A stretch of DNA of 64,000 nucleotides from assembly GCA_041641305.1 (NCBI GenBank), contig JBEPYN010000001.1:6498-70497 (forward strand), read 5' to 3'. This document shows positions 43,609 through 52,546 of the stretch, in pieces (within the stretch, counting starts at the first letter, position 1; each line of letters starts with the position of its first letter). The notes beneath the pieces were generated by a model. That model saw only the letters and a program-made list of their open reading frames with translations. It did no database searches and was not told the origin of the DNA. A program made the position numbers and the translations under genes. Origin of the DNA: Nitrososphaerota archaeon (GTDB lineage: Archaea; Thermoproteota; Nitrososphaeria_A; Caldarchaeales; Caldarchaeaceae).

Positions 43609-44589
43609 TTGACGATAGTTCTGGGCATCGAATCCACAGCCCATACATTCGGAGTCGGCATAGCGACCGACGATGGTAGGATACTGGCTAACATCCAGAA
43701 AATCTATAGGCCGGCTAAGGGTGGGATACATCCGCGGGAGGCTGCGCAGCACCACGCCGCCAAAGCACCTGAAGCCTTGAGAGAAGCCCTGACGCAGGCT
43801 GGAATAAGGCCCTCGGAGATTGATGCAGTCGCCTTCTCACAGGGCCCCGGCATGGGCCCATGTCTACGCACCGGCGCAACCGTCGCAAGAACGATCGCAA
43901 CAGTTCTAAAGAAACCGTTGATAGGTGTGAATCATGGAATAGCTCACATAGAGATCGGGAAGCTTGTTACCGGGTGCGGAGACCCCGTAGTGCTTTATGT
44001 TGCCGGCGGCAACACCTTGTTAACAGCGCTTGTCAACAAAAGATACCGCATTCTCGGCGAAACCCTAGACATCGCCGCGGGAAACTGTCTCGATTCTTTT
44101 GGAATAACGGCGGGTATAGGTCCTATGCCAGCTCCAGAGATTATGTCTAGTGAGGGTGACACGATTTACGAGCTACCTTACAAGGTTAAAGGAATGGATG
44201 TCTCCTTCTCCGGCATATTGACCGCCGCGGAGAAGTTGCTACAGCAGGGTAGGCCGCTTCCAAATGTCTGTCTATCCCTGACCGAGACTGTATACAGTAT
44301 GTTGACCGAGGTGACTGAAAGGGCTCTTGCTATGCTTGATAAACGTTCTCTTCTTCTTGTCGGGGGTTTGGCGAGAAGCAGACGACTGTATAACATGCTT
44401 GAGACGATGTGTAGAGAGCGTGGAGCAAGGGTTTACGTGGTTCCAGACGAATACGCGGGCGACAACGGCGCCATGATCGCTTGGACAGGTGTGCTCATGC
44501 TCCAATGCGGAGCCACAATTCCTGTTGAACAGAGCCATGTGAATCCCCGGATGAGGATTGACGAGGTGGAGGCTTGCTGGAGCAGTTAG
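43609..44589 (+). CDS. kae1: tRNA N6-adenosine threonylcarbamoyltransferase Kae1 (KEOPS)
   Basis: MTIVLGIESTAHTFGVGIATDDGRILANI... two His metal ligands (HxxH region GVNHGIAHIE). ASKHA fold. 326 aa. Confidence 0.9.
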   Translation: MTIVLGIESTAHTFGVGIATDDGRILANIQKIYRPAKGGIHPREAAQHHAAKAPEALREALTQAGIRPSEIDAVAFSQGPGMGPCLRTGATVARTIATVLKKPLIGVNHGIAHIEIGKLVTGCGDPVVLYVAGGNTLLTALVNKRYRILGETLDIAAGNCLDSFGITAGIGPMPAPEIMSSEGDTIYELPYKVKGMDVSFSGILTAAEKLLQQGRPLPNVCLSLTETVYSMLTEVTERALAMLDKRSLLLVGGLARSRRLYNMLETMCRERGARVYVVPDEYAGDNGAMIAWTGVLMLQCGATIPVEQSHVNPRMRIDEVEACWSS

Positions 44590-45218
44590 ATTTTGTGGAG
44601 AACCGCGTCATCAGAGTTGGTGCAGAAGCCGTCATAAAGGAGATGCGCTGGAAGGGGTTAAGACTTGTCGCAAAGCATAGGGTTCCCAAAGGCTACCGAG
44701 CGGCTGCCATAGATGAAAAAGTGAGGAGAAGCCGTACACTCCACGAGGCCAAAATGCTCTCCCATCTATCGGAAAACGGGTTACCTGTTCCCCTTGTCCT
44801 TTTCATAGACCTTGCCAACAGCATTATCTACATGCAGTTTATCGATGGGGTTGAGCTCCGAACCCAACCTAGCCCAGAGAGATACGCTGAAAGGCTCGGA
44901 GAAATTATGGCATCTATGCACGACATGGACATCGTTCATGGCGACCTGACCCTTGCAAACATAATCGCAGACGGCGACACAGGGATTTGGCTGGTTGACT
45001 TCGGCCTCAGCGCCTTCAACGCAGACCTCGAGGAAAAAGCGGTCGACATCCATCTCCTCGAACGCTCGGCCACAAGCACCTTTCCAGAAAAAGCCCGAGA
45101 ATTCACGCATCTGTTTCTACGGGGGTACAGTGGAGTTGTCGGCCGCGAAAAAGCCAGAGAGGTTCTCGAAAAAGTTAAGGAGATTAGGAGCAGGGGCCGT
45201 TATGTTGACCGTGGATAA
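44574..45218 (+). CDS. bud32: KEOPS kinase/ATPase subunit Bud32
   Basis: 214 aa atypical small kinase: ...GAEAVIKEMRWKG...VHGDLTLANII...DFGLS. Confidence 0.8.
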   Translation: MLEQLDFVENRVIRVGAEAVIKEMRWKGLRLVAKHRVPKGYRAAAIDEKVRRSRTLHEAKMLSHLSENGLPVPLVLFIDLANSIIYMQFIDGVELRTQPSPERYAERLGEIMASMHDMDIVHGDLTLANIIADGDTGIWLVDFGLSAFNADLEEKAVDIHLLERSATSTFPEKAREFTHLFLRGYSGVVGREKAREVLEKVKEIRSRGRYVDRG

Positions 45219-45783
45219 CCTCATCTTCGTAACCTCCAACCCTCACAAGGCCGAGGAAGTGCGGCGAATCTTTCGAAAACATGGACTAAAGCTCCACATC
45301 CATAGTATGAAAACTCTCGAAGTGCAGTCGACCAGCCTCGCCGAGATAGCGTGTCTAAGCGCAGCCCAGGCATACGCAAACCTTGGAAAACCGCTCTTCG
45401 TAGAGGATTCCGGGCTCTTCATAGACGCTCTAAGAGGCTTCCCAGGCCCCTACTCTTCCTACGTCTATTCGACTATTGGGGTTGAAGGCGTTTTGAAACT
45501 GGTTGGGGAAAATCGTGAAGCGGTCTTCAAATCCGTCATCTGCTTATACGGTGTAGGGGATAAACCGCTTTTCTTCACCGGAGAATCACGCGGAAAAATA
45601 GCTGATGAGTCGCGGGGAAAGCGCGGGTTCGGCTTTGACCCCATTTTCATACCGCGGGGAAGCAGGAAAACTCTTGCAGAAATGTCTCTTGACGAGAAAA
45701 ACCGGCTGAGTCACAGAGGGAGAGCTGTGGAGAAAATGGTGGAATGGATTTATAAGGTCCGCGGCAGGTTAGCTGGAAGGTAG
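45202..45783 (+). CDS. rdgB: non-canonical purine NTP pyrophosphatase (RdgB/HAM1 family)
   Basis: LIFVTSNPHKAEE...FVEDSGL...GFGFDPIF: HAM1 motifs. ATG 45202 chosen; the upstream part of ORF 44995.. overlaps bud32. Confidence 0.8.
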   Translation: MLTVDNLIFVTSNPHKAEEVRRIFRKHGLKLHIHSMKTLEVQSTSLAEIACLSAAQAYANLGKPLFVEDSGLFIDALRGFPGPYSSYVYSTIGVEGVLKLVGENREAVFKSVICLYGVGDKPLFFTGESRGKIADESRGKRGFGFDPIFIPRGSRKTLAEMSLDEKNRLSHRGRAVEKMVEWIYKVRGRLAGR

Positions 45784-45787
45784 TAAC

Positions 45788-46222
45788 ATGGCTAGAATGC
45801 ATGCGTCGAAGAGAGGCAAGTCGGGTTCTACGCGGCCACTGAGCAAGGTTCCTCCACCTTGGCTGAAGCTGACGCCTGAAGAGGTTGAGTCGCTTGTCGT
45901 CAAGTATGCAAAAGAGGGTATGCCGCCAAGCATGATAGGCGTGGTTCTCCGCGACCAGCACGGCGTCCCCTTGGTCAAAACGGTAACAGGCAAAACTGTT
46001 CTGCAGATACTTGAAGAACACAATCTCAAGCCTCCTATCCCAGAGGATCTTCAAAACCTTATGGAGAAAATCAGACGCATGCGGATACATCTTCAGAAAA
46101 ACAAATCCGACGGGCACAACATTCACAGACTGCAGCTGGTGGAGTCCAAGGTTCGGAGACTTCTCAAATACTACAAGTCACGTGGCATACTACCGCTTGA
46201 GTATGATCCGTTGAAGGCTTGA
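45788..46222 (+). CDS. rps15: 30S ribosomal protein S15 (uS15/S13e)
   Basis: MARMHASKRGKSGSTRP...RLQLVESKVRRLLKYYKSRGILPLEY. Confidence 0.9.
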   Translation: MARMHASKRGKSGSTRPLSKVPPPWLKLTPEEVESLVVKYAKEGMPPSMIGVVLRDQHGVPLVKTVTGKTVLQILEEHNLKPPIPEDLQNLMEKIRRMRIHLQKNKSDGHNIHRLQLVESKVRRLLKYYKSRGILPLEYDPLKA

Positions 46223-47685
46223 AAGAGTTGGAGGGAGATTTACAGGGATTTGTTAAAGAGGCTGAAAAAGCGGCTGAGAGAATACGAAGTTGGATTGCTC
46301 AAGGAGAGTTCATAGACATCTTCACACACAACGACGCCGACGCCCTCTCCTCAGCGGGAATAGTTGCGGCCGCTCTCAGGAGAGAGGATGCCCGGTTCAG
46401 GGTGAGGTCGCTTAACCGCATAGATGACTTCATCGAGCTCTTTAACAGCGGCTACATTGAGGCAAAATGCATAATTTTCACAGACATGGGCAGCGGCTAC
46501 ATACCGGAGCTTGCACAGCTCATTAGCAGAAGGTCTGTCGCCATCCTCGATCACCACGCTCCTGCCCAAGCTTCACTCCCGCCTGACTGGGTGCATGTCA
46601 ACCCGCATCATCACGGCTTCGACGGAGCACGAGAGATCAGCGCCTCAGGAGTGGCCTACTTTGTCGCAAAGGCCCTCAACCCAGCTAACGTCGAACACTC
46701 CCCAATCGCGGTGGTGGGCGCGCTCGGAGACCTGCAAGACAAAAACTCTCAGAGAAAACTTCACGGACTCAACGAATACATAGTCGCCGAAGCCGTAGAA
46801 AACCAGCTCTTAGAAGTGAAGGATGACATAATACTCTATGGACGAACCTTCAGGCCACTGCATGTCTCACTCGCTATGACAACAAGCCCCTACATACCTG
46901 GTCTAAGCGGCAACGAGCAAGCTGCCTACAGTTTCCTGATATCCCTTGGAATCGAGGTGAAGGAGGGGGAGCAGTGGCGTACTTTGGCAGACCTATCAGA
47001 GGATGAGAAGAAAAAACTTTACAACGGCCTGATTGAGTATCTCATTTCCAAAAACCTGCCGACAACAATAGCCAACGAACTCATAGGTAAAACATACGAT
47101 CTCGTCAAGGAATCTGCATGGACATATCTAAGCGATGCGAGAGAATTCTCAACCCTCCTCAACGCATGTGGAAAATCGGGTAAGGCATGGGCTGGAATAC
47201 TTGTGGCCATGGGGGCCCGTTCGGAGGCTTTGGAGGAGGCTCAGAGAGTGCTCGAAGAATACCGTCTAAGCATAGCACGGGCCATGGATTATGTTTCCCA
47301 ACCAGGCGTGCTCGAGGAACTTTCTCACATAGTGGTTCTCAAAGGCGGAGATGTGATTGATTACAGGCAGATAAGCTCGGTGGCGTCCATACTATCTTCA
47401 TCGGGGCTTTTGCCGACGGATAAACCCTTGATAGCTTTGGCTAACGCGGGTAAGACAGTGAAAATATCGGCCCGCGCATCCAAGCAGCTTGTTGACAGGG
47501 GCCTAAACCTCGGAGCTATTCTCAGCCGACTGGGTGCACAGTTCGGCGGAAAGGGAGGTGGCCACAACATAGCAGCCGGCGCCGAGATACCCTACGACCA
47601 CATGATAAAGTTCTTGGCCGAGCTTGACAAGGCGGTGGGAGAAGATGTCGCATCCTCTAAAAGTGAGATCACGCATCACGATTAA
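46219..47685 (+). CDS. DHH-family phosphoesterase, RecJ/Cdc45-like (GAN-type)
   Basis: DHH motifs (IFTHNDADALSSAGI; DHH at AILDHHAP) and a DHHA1-like C-terminal region (GGGHNIAAGA). rps15-recJ linkage is typical in archaea. Confidence 0.75.
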   Translation: MKELEGDLQGFVKEAEKAAERIRSWIAQGEFIDIFTHNDADALSSAGIVAAALRREDARFRVRSLNRIDDFIELFNSGYIEAKCIIFTDMGSGYIPELAQLISRRSVAILDHHAPAQASLPPDWVHVNPHHHGFDGAREISASGVAYFVAKALNPANVEHSPIAVVGALGDLQDKNSQRKLHGLNEYIVAEAVENQLLEVKDDIILYGRTFRPLHVSLAMTTSPYIPGLSGNEQAAYSFLISLGIEVKEGEQWRTLADLSEDEKKKLYNGLIEYLISKNLPTTIANELIGKTYDLVKESAWTYLSDAREFSTLLNACGKSGKAWAGILVAMGARSEALEEAQRVLEEYRLSIARAMDYVSQPGVLEELSHIVVLKGGDVIDYRQISSVASILSSSGLLPTDKPLIALANAGKTVKISARASKQLVDRGLNLGAILSRLGAQFGGKGGGHNIAAGAEIPYDHMIKFLAELDKAVGEDVASSKSEITHHD

Positions 47686-47926
47686 GCCAAAAAATAGCCA
47701 AGACGCCGCGGTCATCTACCACGCTTTAAAGCCTGACGACAAACCTCTACCAAAGGGTCTTTTCGTCGACACTAGGCTGGAAAACGACTTGGTCGTGATA
47801 GAGGTTGTATGCGAAAGAGGACTCGCCTCTTTTCTCGCCACGGTTGACGACATACTTAGGAGCGCCTCTTTATCTGAGAAAGCAGCCGAAATGGTCCGGA
47901 CAAATAGCTATATAAAGAAAGAGTAA
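47645..47926 (+). CDS. pcc1: KEOPS subunit Pcc1-like protein
   Basis: ~93 aa. SRITIKPKNSQDAAVIYHALKPDD...VVIEVVCERGLASFLATVDDILRSASL fits the Pcc1/CTAG family pattern. ATG 47645 chosen (the ORF track uses TTG 47624). Confidence 0.5.
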   Translation: MSHPLKVRSRITIKPKNSQDAAVIYHALKPDDKPLPKGLFVDTRLENDLVVIEVVCERGLASFLATVDDILRSASLSEKAAEMVRTNSYIKKE

Positions 47927-47941
47927 CCCCATAGACCAGAG

Positions 47942-48556
47942 TTGTCGAGAAAACCGAGTGAGCAGAAAAAGCCCAAGAAAACCTACGAGATCTATGCTCC
48001 ACCATACTTTGGCGGACGATGGCTTGGGTCAACGATGGCCGACGATCCTTCAAAGGTTTTGGGCCGAGTGTTGAGAACAAGCCTTTACGCCATAACCGAC
48101 GACTTCACCAAGCAATACATGCTATTGCGTTTCAGAGTAATCGATGTCAAGGACAGCGTCTGCAACACCATATTCTACGGACATGAATATGGCCGAGAAT
48201 ATTTGAGAAGCCTCGTCAAACGTGGAACTAACAAGATAGAATACATCTTCGACGTGGCCACCAAGGACGGCTTCGTCATACGCGTCTACCCTATCGTGTT
48301 CACCACCTCCCGAATATCATCCTCCAAGAAAAAAGCCATCAGGAAAATTATGCGCGAGGTTTTGGAGGAAACTGCTGCTAACCTGTCTCATGATCAGCTT
48401 GCTCAGGAGCTTGTGCTCGGAAAAACCGCGTCCGACATATACAACAGGGTTAAGAAGATTGTGCTCCCCCGTCACGTCGGCGTATACAAGAGCAAGATAA
48501 TCAAGCTGGGTAAAGTAGAGACGGCTCCGCCCCTAGAGCAGGAGGCGTCAAGTTAA
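47942..48556 (+). CDS. rps3ae: 30S ribosomal protein S3Ae
   Basis: KKTYEIYAPPYFGG...LRFRVIDVKDSVCNTIFYGHEY... Confidence 0.85.
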   Translation: MSRKPSEQKKPKKTYEIYAPPYFGGRWLGSTMADDPSKVLGRVLRTSLYAITDDFTKQYMLLRFRVIDVKDSVCNTIFYGHEYGREYLRSLVKRGTNKIEYIFDVATKDGFVIRVYPIVFTTSRISSSKKKAIRKIMREVLEETAANLSHDQLAQELVLGKTASDIYNRVKKIVLPRHVGVYKSKIIKLGKVETAPPLEQEASS

Positions 48557-48886
48557 TTGGAGATGGATGTTGAGGAGTTTAGGCGGCGTTTTCCAAACCT
48601 CTACAGGGAGATAGTGGAGAGGAGGATGGCTATCCGTGTCTCTGGTGTGAGGAATATGAAAAATTTCGCTGAAGAGGATGCATCTTCCAAAACTCCTTCT
48701 GTCATTGATTATCTGCGACGATGCGACACCGATGACCAGGGACGTGAGGTCATCAACTATCTGCGCCGGAGAGGAGAGATCTCTAAGGAGGCGGCGGAAA
48801 GCCTGCTCAAGCAGCTGGATGAAAAAGGGATAAGAAGCTTCGGTTCACGGAAACAGCCTGGACATTATTTACGGGAGGGCCTTTAG
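48557..48886 (+). CDS. conserved small hypothetical protein
   Basis: 109 aa, charged/helical; MEMDVEEFRRRFPNLYREIVERR...; no family recognised by eye. Confidence 0.4.
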   Translation: MEMDVEEFRRRFPNLYREIVERRMAIRVSGVRNMKNFAEEDASSKTPSVIDYLRRCDTDDQGREVINYLRRRGEISKEAAESLLKQLDEKGIRSFGSRKQPGHYLREGL

Positions 48887-50091
48887 CCCCTTTTCTTTGC
48901 GGAGACGATAGATATAACTTCGCTGGGTTTTAACAGGTGGTCATCGGCGAGTCTTAACCCCGTCCTCGCATCAACCGCATAGAGATAACTTTCTCCAAGC
49001 TCTGTGTGTATTTTGTAGGCAAGCTGCCGTGGTGTAGAGTTGCGGGGCATCAAGTATACGTCTGGGAGGATGCGGCCCTCGTGGTCTGTGAGGGTGTGTG
49101 GGTTCTCGACAGGGTAGACAGGTATGTAGCCTAGTTTTTCAAGGTAGGCCATGTTAACCAGCTTCTGTACACCTGTTCCACCCCATTTCTCGAAGACGTT
49201 CTCCCTGATGTATTCGAGTGCCTTTTTCTGCTGCGGCGAAAGCTTGGACTCGTCAACCACCTCGAAGCCGCTGTCGCCTGGGACGTATTTCACCAAGCCT
49301 TTTGAGGCCGCGAGGCGCAGGGTTCTCTCAGCCTCTGCAGAAATGGGAACCACGTCATATCCTCTTTGAACAAGCTTCTCCACGTTTTTCTCCGAGCCTT
49401 TAACATCAGCCTTGTTAGCGGCCACGATGAAAGGCTTTGACCTTCTCCGTATCATGGTTGCCAGTCTGAGAAGCTCCTCATCTCTCCAAGACACGGGCTT
49501 AGACCTGTCTAAACCTGCCGCGTCAATCGCATCTGAAACCATGTTCTCATCAACACCCAGCCCCGAAAGCTTCCTTGTCAGCTCCAGCGTCAGCGAAACC
49601 TGCTTGGCTTCCGCGGCCCTCGATATCCTCGGCCAGTCTCGTGAAACAATCTCGGCCAGCCATGCGTCGAACTCGTCGAGAACCATTTCGACGTCTTCTA
49701 CAGGGTCGTGGGTGAAGGGCTCGGTTGGAGTGCCGTCTCCGAGTGTTGCACCAGAGGCGTCTGCAACTATGATTAGGAGCGAGGCCTGCCTTATCTCGTC
49801 GAGAAACTTGAGGCCGAGGCCCTTCCCTTTGTGAGCCTCACGTATTATCCCGGGGCAATCAATTATCTGTATGGGGACAAGCCTCACACCGTCTATGCAG
49901 ACAGAGTTTCTCGGATTGTCTCTGACACCGAGTTTTTTGCAGACGCATTCTACCCTTACATAAGTGACGCCGACGTTGGTTTTCTTGGTTGTGAAAGGGT
50001 AGTTGGCTATATCGACGTTTACCATGCTGAGGGCTGAGAAGAGGGTGCTTTTCCCGACGTTAGGTTTCCCAACTATACCGGCTATCTCCAT
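48883..50091 (-). CDS. OBG-family GTPase, YchF/Ola1-like with C-terminal TGS-like domain
   Basis: GIVGKPNVGKSTLFSALS (G1), ANYPFTT (G2), IDCPGII (G3), ...GKGLGLKFLDEIRQASLLI; 402 aa. Confidence 0.65.
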   Translation of the reverse strand: MEIAGIVGKPNVGKSTLFSALSMVNVDIANYPFTTKKTNVGVTYVRVECVCKKLGVRDNPRNSVCIDGVRLVPIQIIDCPGIIREAHKGKGLGLKFLDEIRQASLLIIVADASGATLGDGTPTEPFTHDPVEDVEMVLDEFDAWLAEIVSRDWPRISRAAEAKQVSLTLELTRKLSGLGVDENMVSDAIDAAGLDRSKPVSWRDEELLRLATMIRRRSKPFIVAANKADVKGSEKNVEKLVQRGYDVVPISAEAERTLRLAASKGLVKYVPGDSGFEVVDESKLSPQQKKALEYIRENVFEKWGGTGVQKLVNMAYLEKLGYIPVYPVENPHTLTDHEGRILPDVYLMPRNSTPRQLAYKIHTELGESYLYAVDARTGLRLADDHLLKPSEVISIVSAKKRG

Positions 50092-50093
50092 AT

Positions 50094-50537
50094 CTAGTGA
50101 GTCTTAACCGCTGGGTGACTGGGGTCTAGGGCTACAACTTCATACCATCGATATAGTGAATCCTGTGCTAGGGGGTAGGCTCCGAGTGGCTTGAGGTTGG
50201 GGAAGTGTTTGCGAAACCTTTGAACCGCCTCCTCCTTAATCGAGACGTTGACCTTGTGTCTGACCACACCGATTGCTTTTGGTCTTCTTCCAGACCTTGG
50301 CCTCGGCTTGCTGAACCCGCCTCTCCGGACCCTCACCAGAGCGACAACATAGCCTTGTTGAGCTTTGTAACCAAGGGCTCTGGCGCGATCCATCCTCAAG
50401 GGTTTCTCTACACGCTCAACCGCTCTCATCCTCCGCCAAGCAACCATCCTCTTCCTCAGCAGGGAGCGGAGAACCTCGGGCCTCTCGCGCCAAAGCCTCT
50501 GCATCATCTTATACATGGATGTCAAGCTAACATCCAT
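50094..50537 (-). CDS. rpl15e: 50S ribosomal protein L15e
   Basis: MYKMMQRLWRERPEVLRSLLRKRMVAWRRM...GYVVALVRVRRGG. Confidence 0.9.
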   Translation of the reverse strand: MDVSLTSMYKMMQRLWRERPEVLRSLLRKRMVAWRRMRAVERVEKPLRMDRARALGYKAQQGYVVALVRVRRGGFSKPRPRSGRRPKAIGVVRHKVNVSIKEEAVQRFRKHFPNLKPLGAYPLAQDSLYRWYEVVALDPSHPAVKTH

Positions 50538-50582
50538 TGGAAAGGGTTGTTCTTAAACCTTGAAAACCTAATAACGCGTAAG

Positions 50583-50999
50583 ATGCGAAAAGTCTGGATG
50601 CTGAAGCTGGTTAAACTTACCTGCAGAACACATGTCTACTCGACTGAGAGCATCGAGAAGGTCAAAAAAGCAGTCCAAAATATCTTAGGCGAGACAATCC
50701 TGCAGTCAAACAAGACAAGCCTCACAGGCCATTTCGGAGACAGTATAACCGTTCTGGAATATGTAGGCGAAGACCCCGAGCAAGTGGGCCTGATCTTCAG
50801 ACGTGTTGTCTCAAAGGTCGGTATGGGAGTTGTAGGGGTCGAGGAAAGAGGAGCTGGAGGCGGAAAACTACACATTCGTCTCGACAAGCAAAAAGCCTAC
50901 CTAGGCGAGGTTGCGGCGGAAGACATCGACCCGATCAAGCTCGAGTTCACGTACGTCGGTGACTGGCGAGAGGCGTTGAAATGGCAAAGCAATACGTAG
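50583..50999 (+). CDS. UPF0201/COG1931-family protein (predicted RNA-binding)
   Basis: MRKVWMLKLVKLTCRTHVYSTESIEKVKKAVQNI..., conserved position between rpl15e and rnp3. Upstream part of ORF 50205.. is antisense to rpl15e and rejected. Confidence 0.5.
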   Translation: MRKVWMLKLVKLTCRTHVYSTESIEKVKKAVQNILGETILQSNKTSLTGHFGDSITVLEYVGEDPEQVGLIFRRVVSKVGMGVVGVEERGAGGGKLHIRLDKQKAYLGEVAAEDIDPIKLEFTYVGDWREALKWQSNT

Positions 51000-51592
51000 A
51001 TTTTTACGTAAAGAGGCTCACCGCGGAGATGGCGTCTGCTCTGAGCCTCCAAGGGTTCGAAGCTGTCTGCGTAGAGGAACGCGTGTCCGATGATGTGTTG
51101 AAGGGCATGGATGGATTGAGGGTTTTCCAAAAGGCAGTTGTTGATGCTTATAACAGAGGCGAGGTTTTGGAATTCGCCCGGAAACATTACGGTAAACGGG
51201 TTATAAGTGTGAGGCCTTTTTCCCGCGAAGCCTTGATGACGGCTGGGCGAGATGAAAGGGTTGCATCGGTGATAGTCCACGGCGAAGTTGCTGATTTTGA
51301 TAGACATGTCGCCGAGGTATTGTTCAACCCGGTTGAAGTAACCGTGGCTGAGTTGGTGAAGTGTTTTCAGAACGTGAATAGTTGGGGAAGGGTTACGAGG
51401 TTCCTGCAACGCGCATCAGTTGTCGGGAAAAAGATAATTGTATCAAGCGGAGCCGCTGATACTGAGGAAATCCTACCGCCTCATCAGCTGGGATATGTGG
51501 CAGCGGCCTTGACCGGTGGAAAAAACCTTTACACGTTGCCCGTCTCGGGAACACCTTTGAAGATTTTGAGGGATAAGGTTTTTGGGCGTTAG
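50981..51592 (+). CDS. rnp3: RNase P protein component 3 (Rpp30, PHP-like TIM barrel)
   Basis: 203 aa; conserved neighbourhood L15e-UPF0201-Rpp30-Pop5; barrel-like alternation of hydrophobic strands. Confidence 0.55.
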   Translation: MAKQYVDFYVKRLTAEMASALSLQGFEAVCVEERVSDDVLKGMDGLRVFQKAVVDAYNRGEVLEFARKHYGKRVISVRPFSREALMTAGRDERVASVIVHGEVADFDRHVAEVLFNPVEVTVAELVKCFQNVNSWGRVTRFLQRASVVGKKIIVSSGAADTEEILPPHQLGYVAAALTGGKNLYTLPVSGTPLKILRDKVFGR

Positions 51593-51890
51593 AGTATACA
51601 GGATGAGGAAACGATACGTAGCCGTGACATGTAATAATAAGGTTTCTGGCGAGGCTCTTGAAAACGCTGTTAAAGAGTGTTTTACAAGGTTGTATGGGGT
51701 TGATGGGCTGTTGCAGTCTGGGTTGAGGAGGGTTAGCGTTGGTAGGCCGCATGTCTTCCTCTGTGGACATCTCTGGGTGCCTCGGCTCGTGCTTGCTCTG
51801 ACCCTTGTGCGACAAATTGGAGACACGCCCGTAGTCCTCAAGACCACAAAGGTTTCGGGGACGGTTAGAAGCCTATGGAGCACGAAATAA
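51582..51890 (+). CDS. rnp2: RNase P protein component 2 (Pop5)
   Basis: MRKRYVAVTCNNKVSGEALENAVKECFTRLYGVDG... (RxRY motif). 102 aa. Confidence 0.6.
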   Translation: MGVRVYRMRKRYVAVTCNNKVSGEALENAVKECFTRLYGVDGLLQSGLRRVSVGRPHVFLCGHLWVPRLVLALTLVRQIGDTPVVLKTTKVSGTVRSLWSTK

Positions 51891-52546
51891 ACCCAAGCCG
51901 AGAGATACGCGACATCTTGCTAACCATAGCTCTGGCCATGGCCACTCTCTACGCTGGCGGCTCAGCCGCGGCATTCATAGGCCTAAGCAGCATCTGGGCT
52001 CCTCAGCTGGCACTACTCGCCGTAGCTCTCGTCCTCAGCAGAACCGAGATGCTCGTCCCAAACCTCAGAAAACATCGAGGAATATTAACCGGGTTGGCTC
52101 TCGCCCCAGTCGCCACATTCTCAGCCATCATCGCTTCGCTACTTTGGTCAAACATTTTCCCCCAAACCCCCGCAACACGTCAACTAGCAGAGGCACTAAC
52201 CCCATCAACCACAGCCGAGTACCTTCTATACATCGGCCTCACTTTTCTCGTGGTGGCGCCTGCTGAGGAAATTATTTTCCGCGGAATTGTTCACGGCAAA
52301 TTATCAAAGATCATGAAAAGAGGTTTAGCCGATGTCGTTTCTTCAGCTATTTTTGCGGCGGTTCATATGGATTTGTCGAGGCTGGGGCCCACGTTTGTTC
52401 TCGGGCTTTTCCTCGCCTACAGCGTGGACAGAACCCGCTCCCTAACGCCCGCTATTCTAATTCACGCAATAAACAACACAGCCTACATCACCTTATTATT
52501 CCTGAGCTCTTCCACACTTGCTGCAGAAAATCTCGTTCTCCCTTAA
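51875..52546 (+). CDS. CPBP-family intramembrane metalloprotease (CAAX protease/Abi-like)
   Basis: EEIIFRG (motif 1), FAAVH (motif 2), HAINN (motif 3). Multi-TM. Confidence 0.8.
   Translation: MEHEINPSREIRDILLTIALAMATLYAGGSAAAFIGLSSIWAPQLALLAVALVLSRTEMLVPNLRKHRGILTGLALAPVATFSAIIASLLWSNIFPQTPATRQLAEALTPSTTAEYLLYIGLTFLVVAPAEEIIFRGIVHGKLSKIMKRGLADVVSSAIFAAVHMDLSRLGPTFVLGLFLAYSVDRTRSLTPAILIHAINNTAYITLLFLSSSTLAAENLVLP

Noticed and set aside
44995-45201. 5' portion of ORF 44995..45783
   Set aside because: Overlaps bud32 in another frame. The HAM1/RdgB homology begins at ATG 45202.
50205-50582. 5' portion of ORF 50205..50999
   Set aside because: Antisense to rpl15e. The UPF0201-like protein begins cleanly at ATG 50583.
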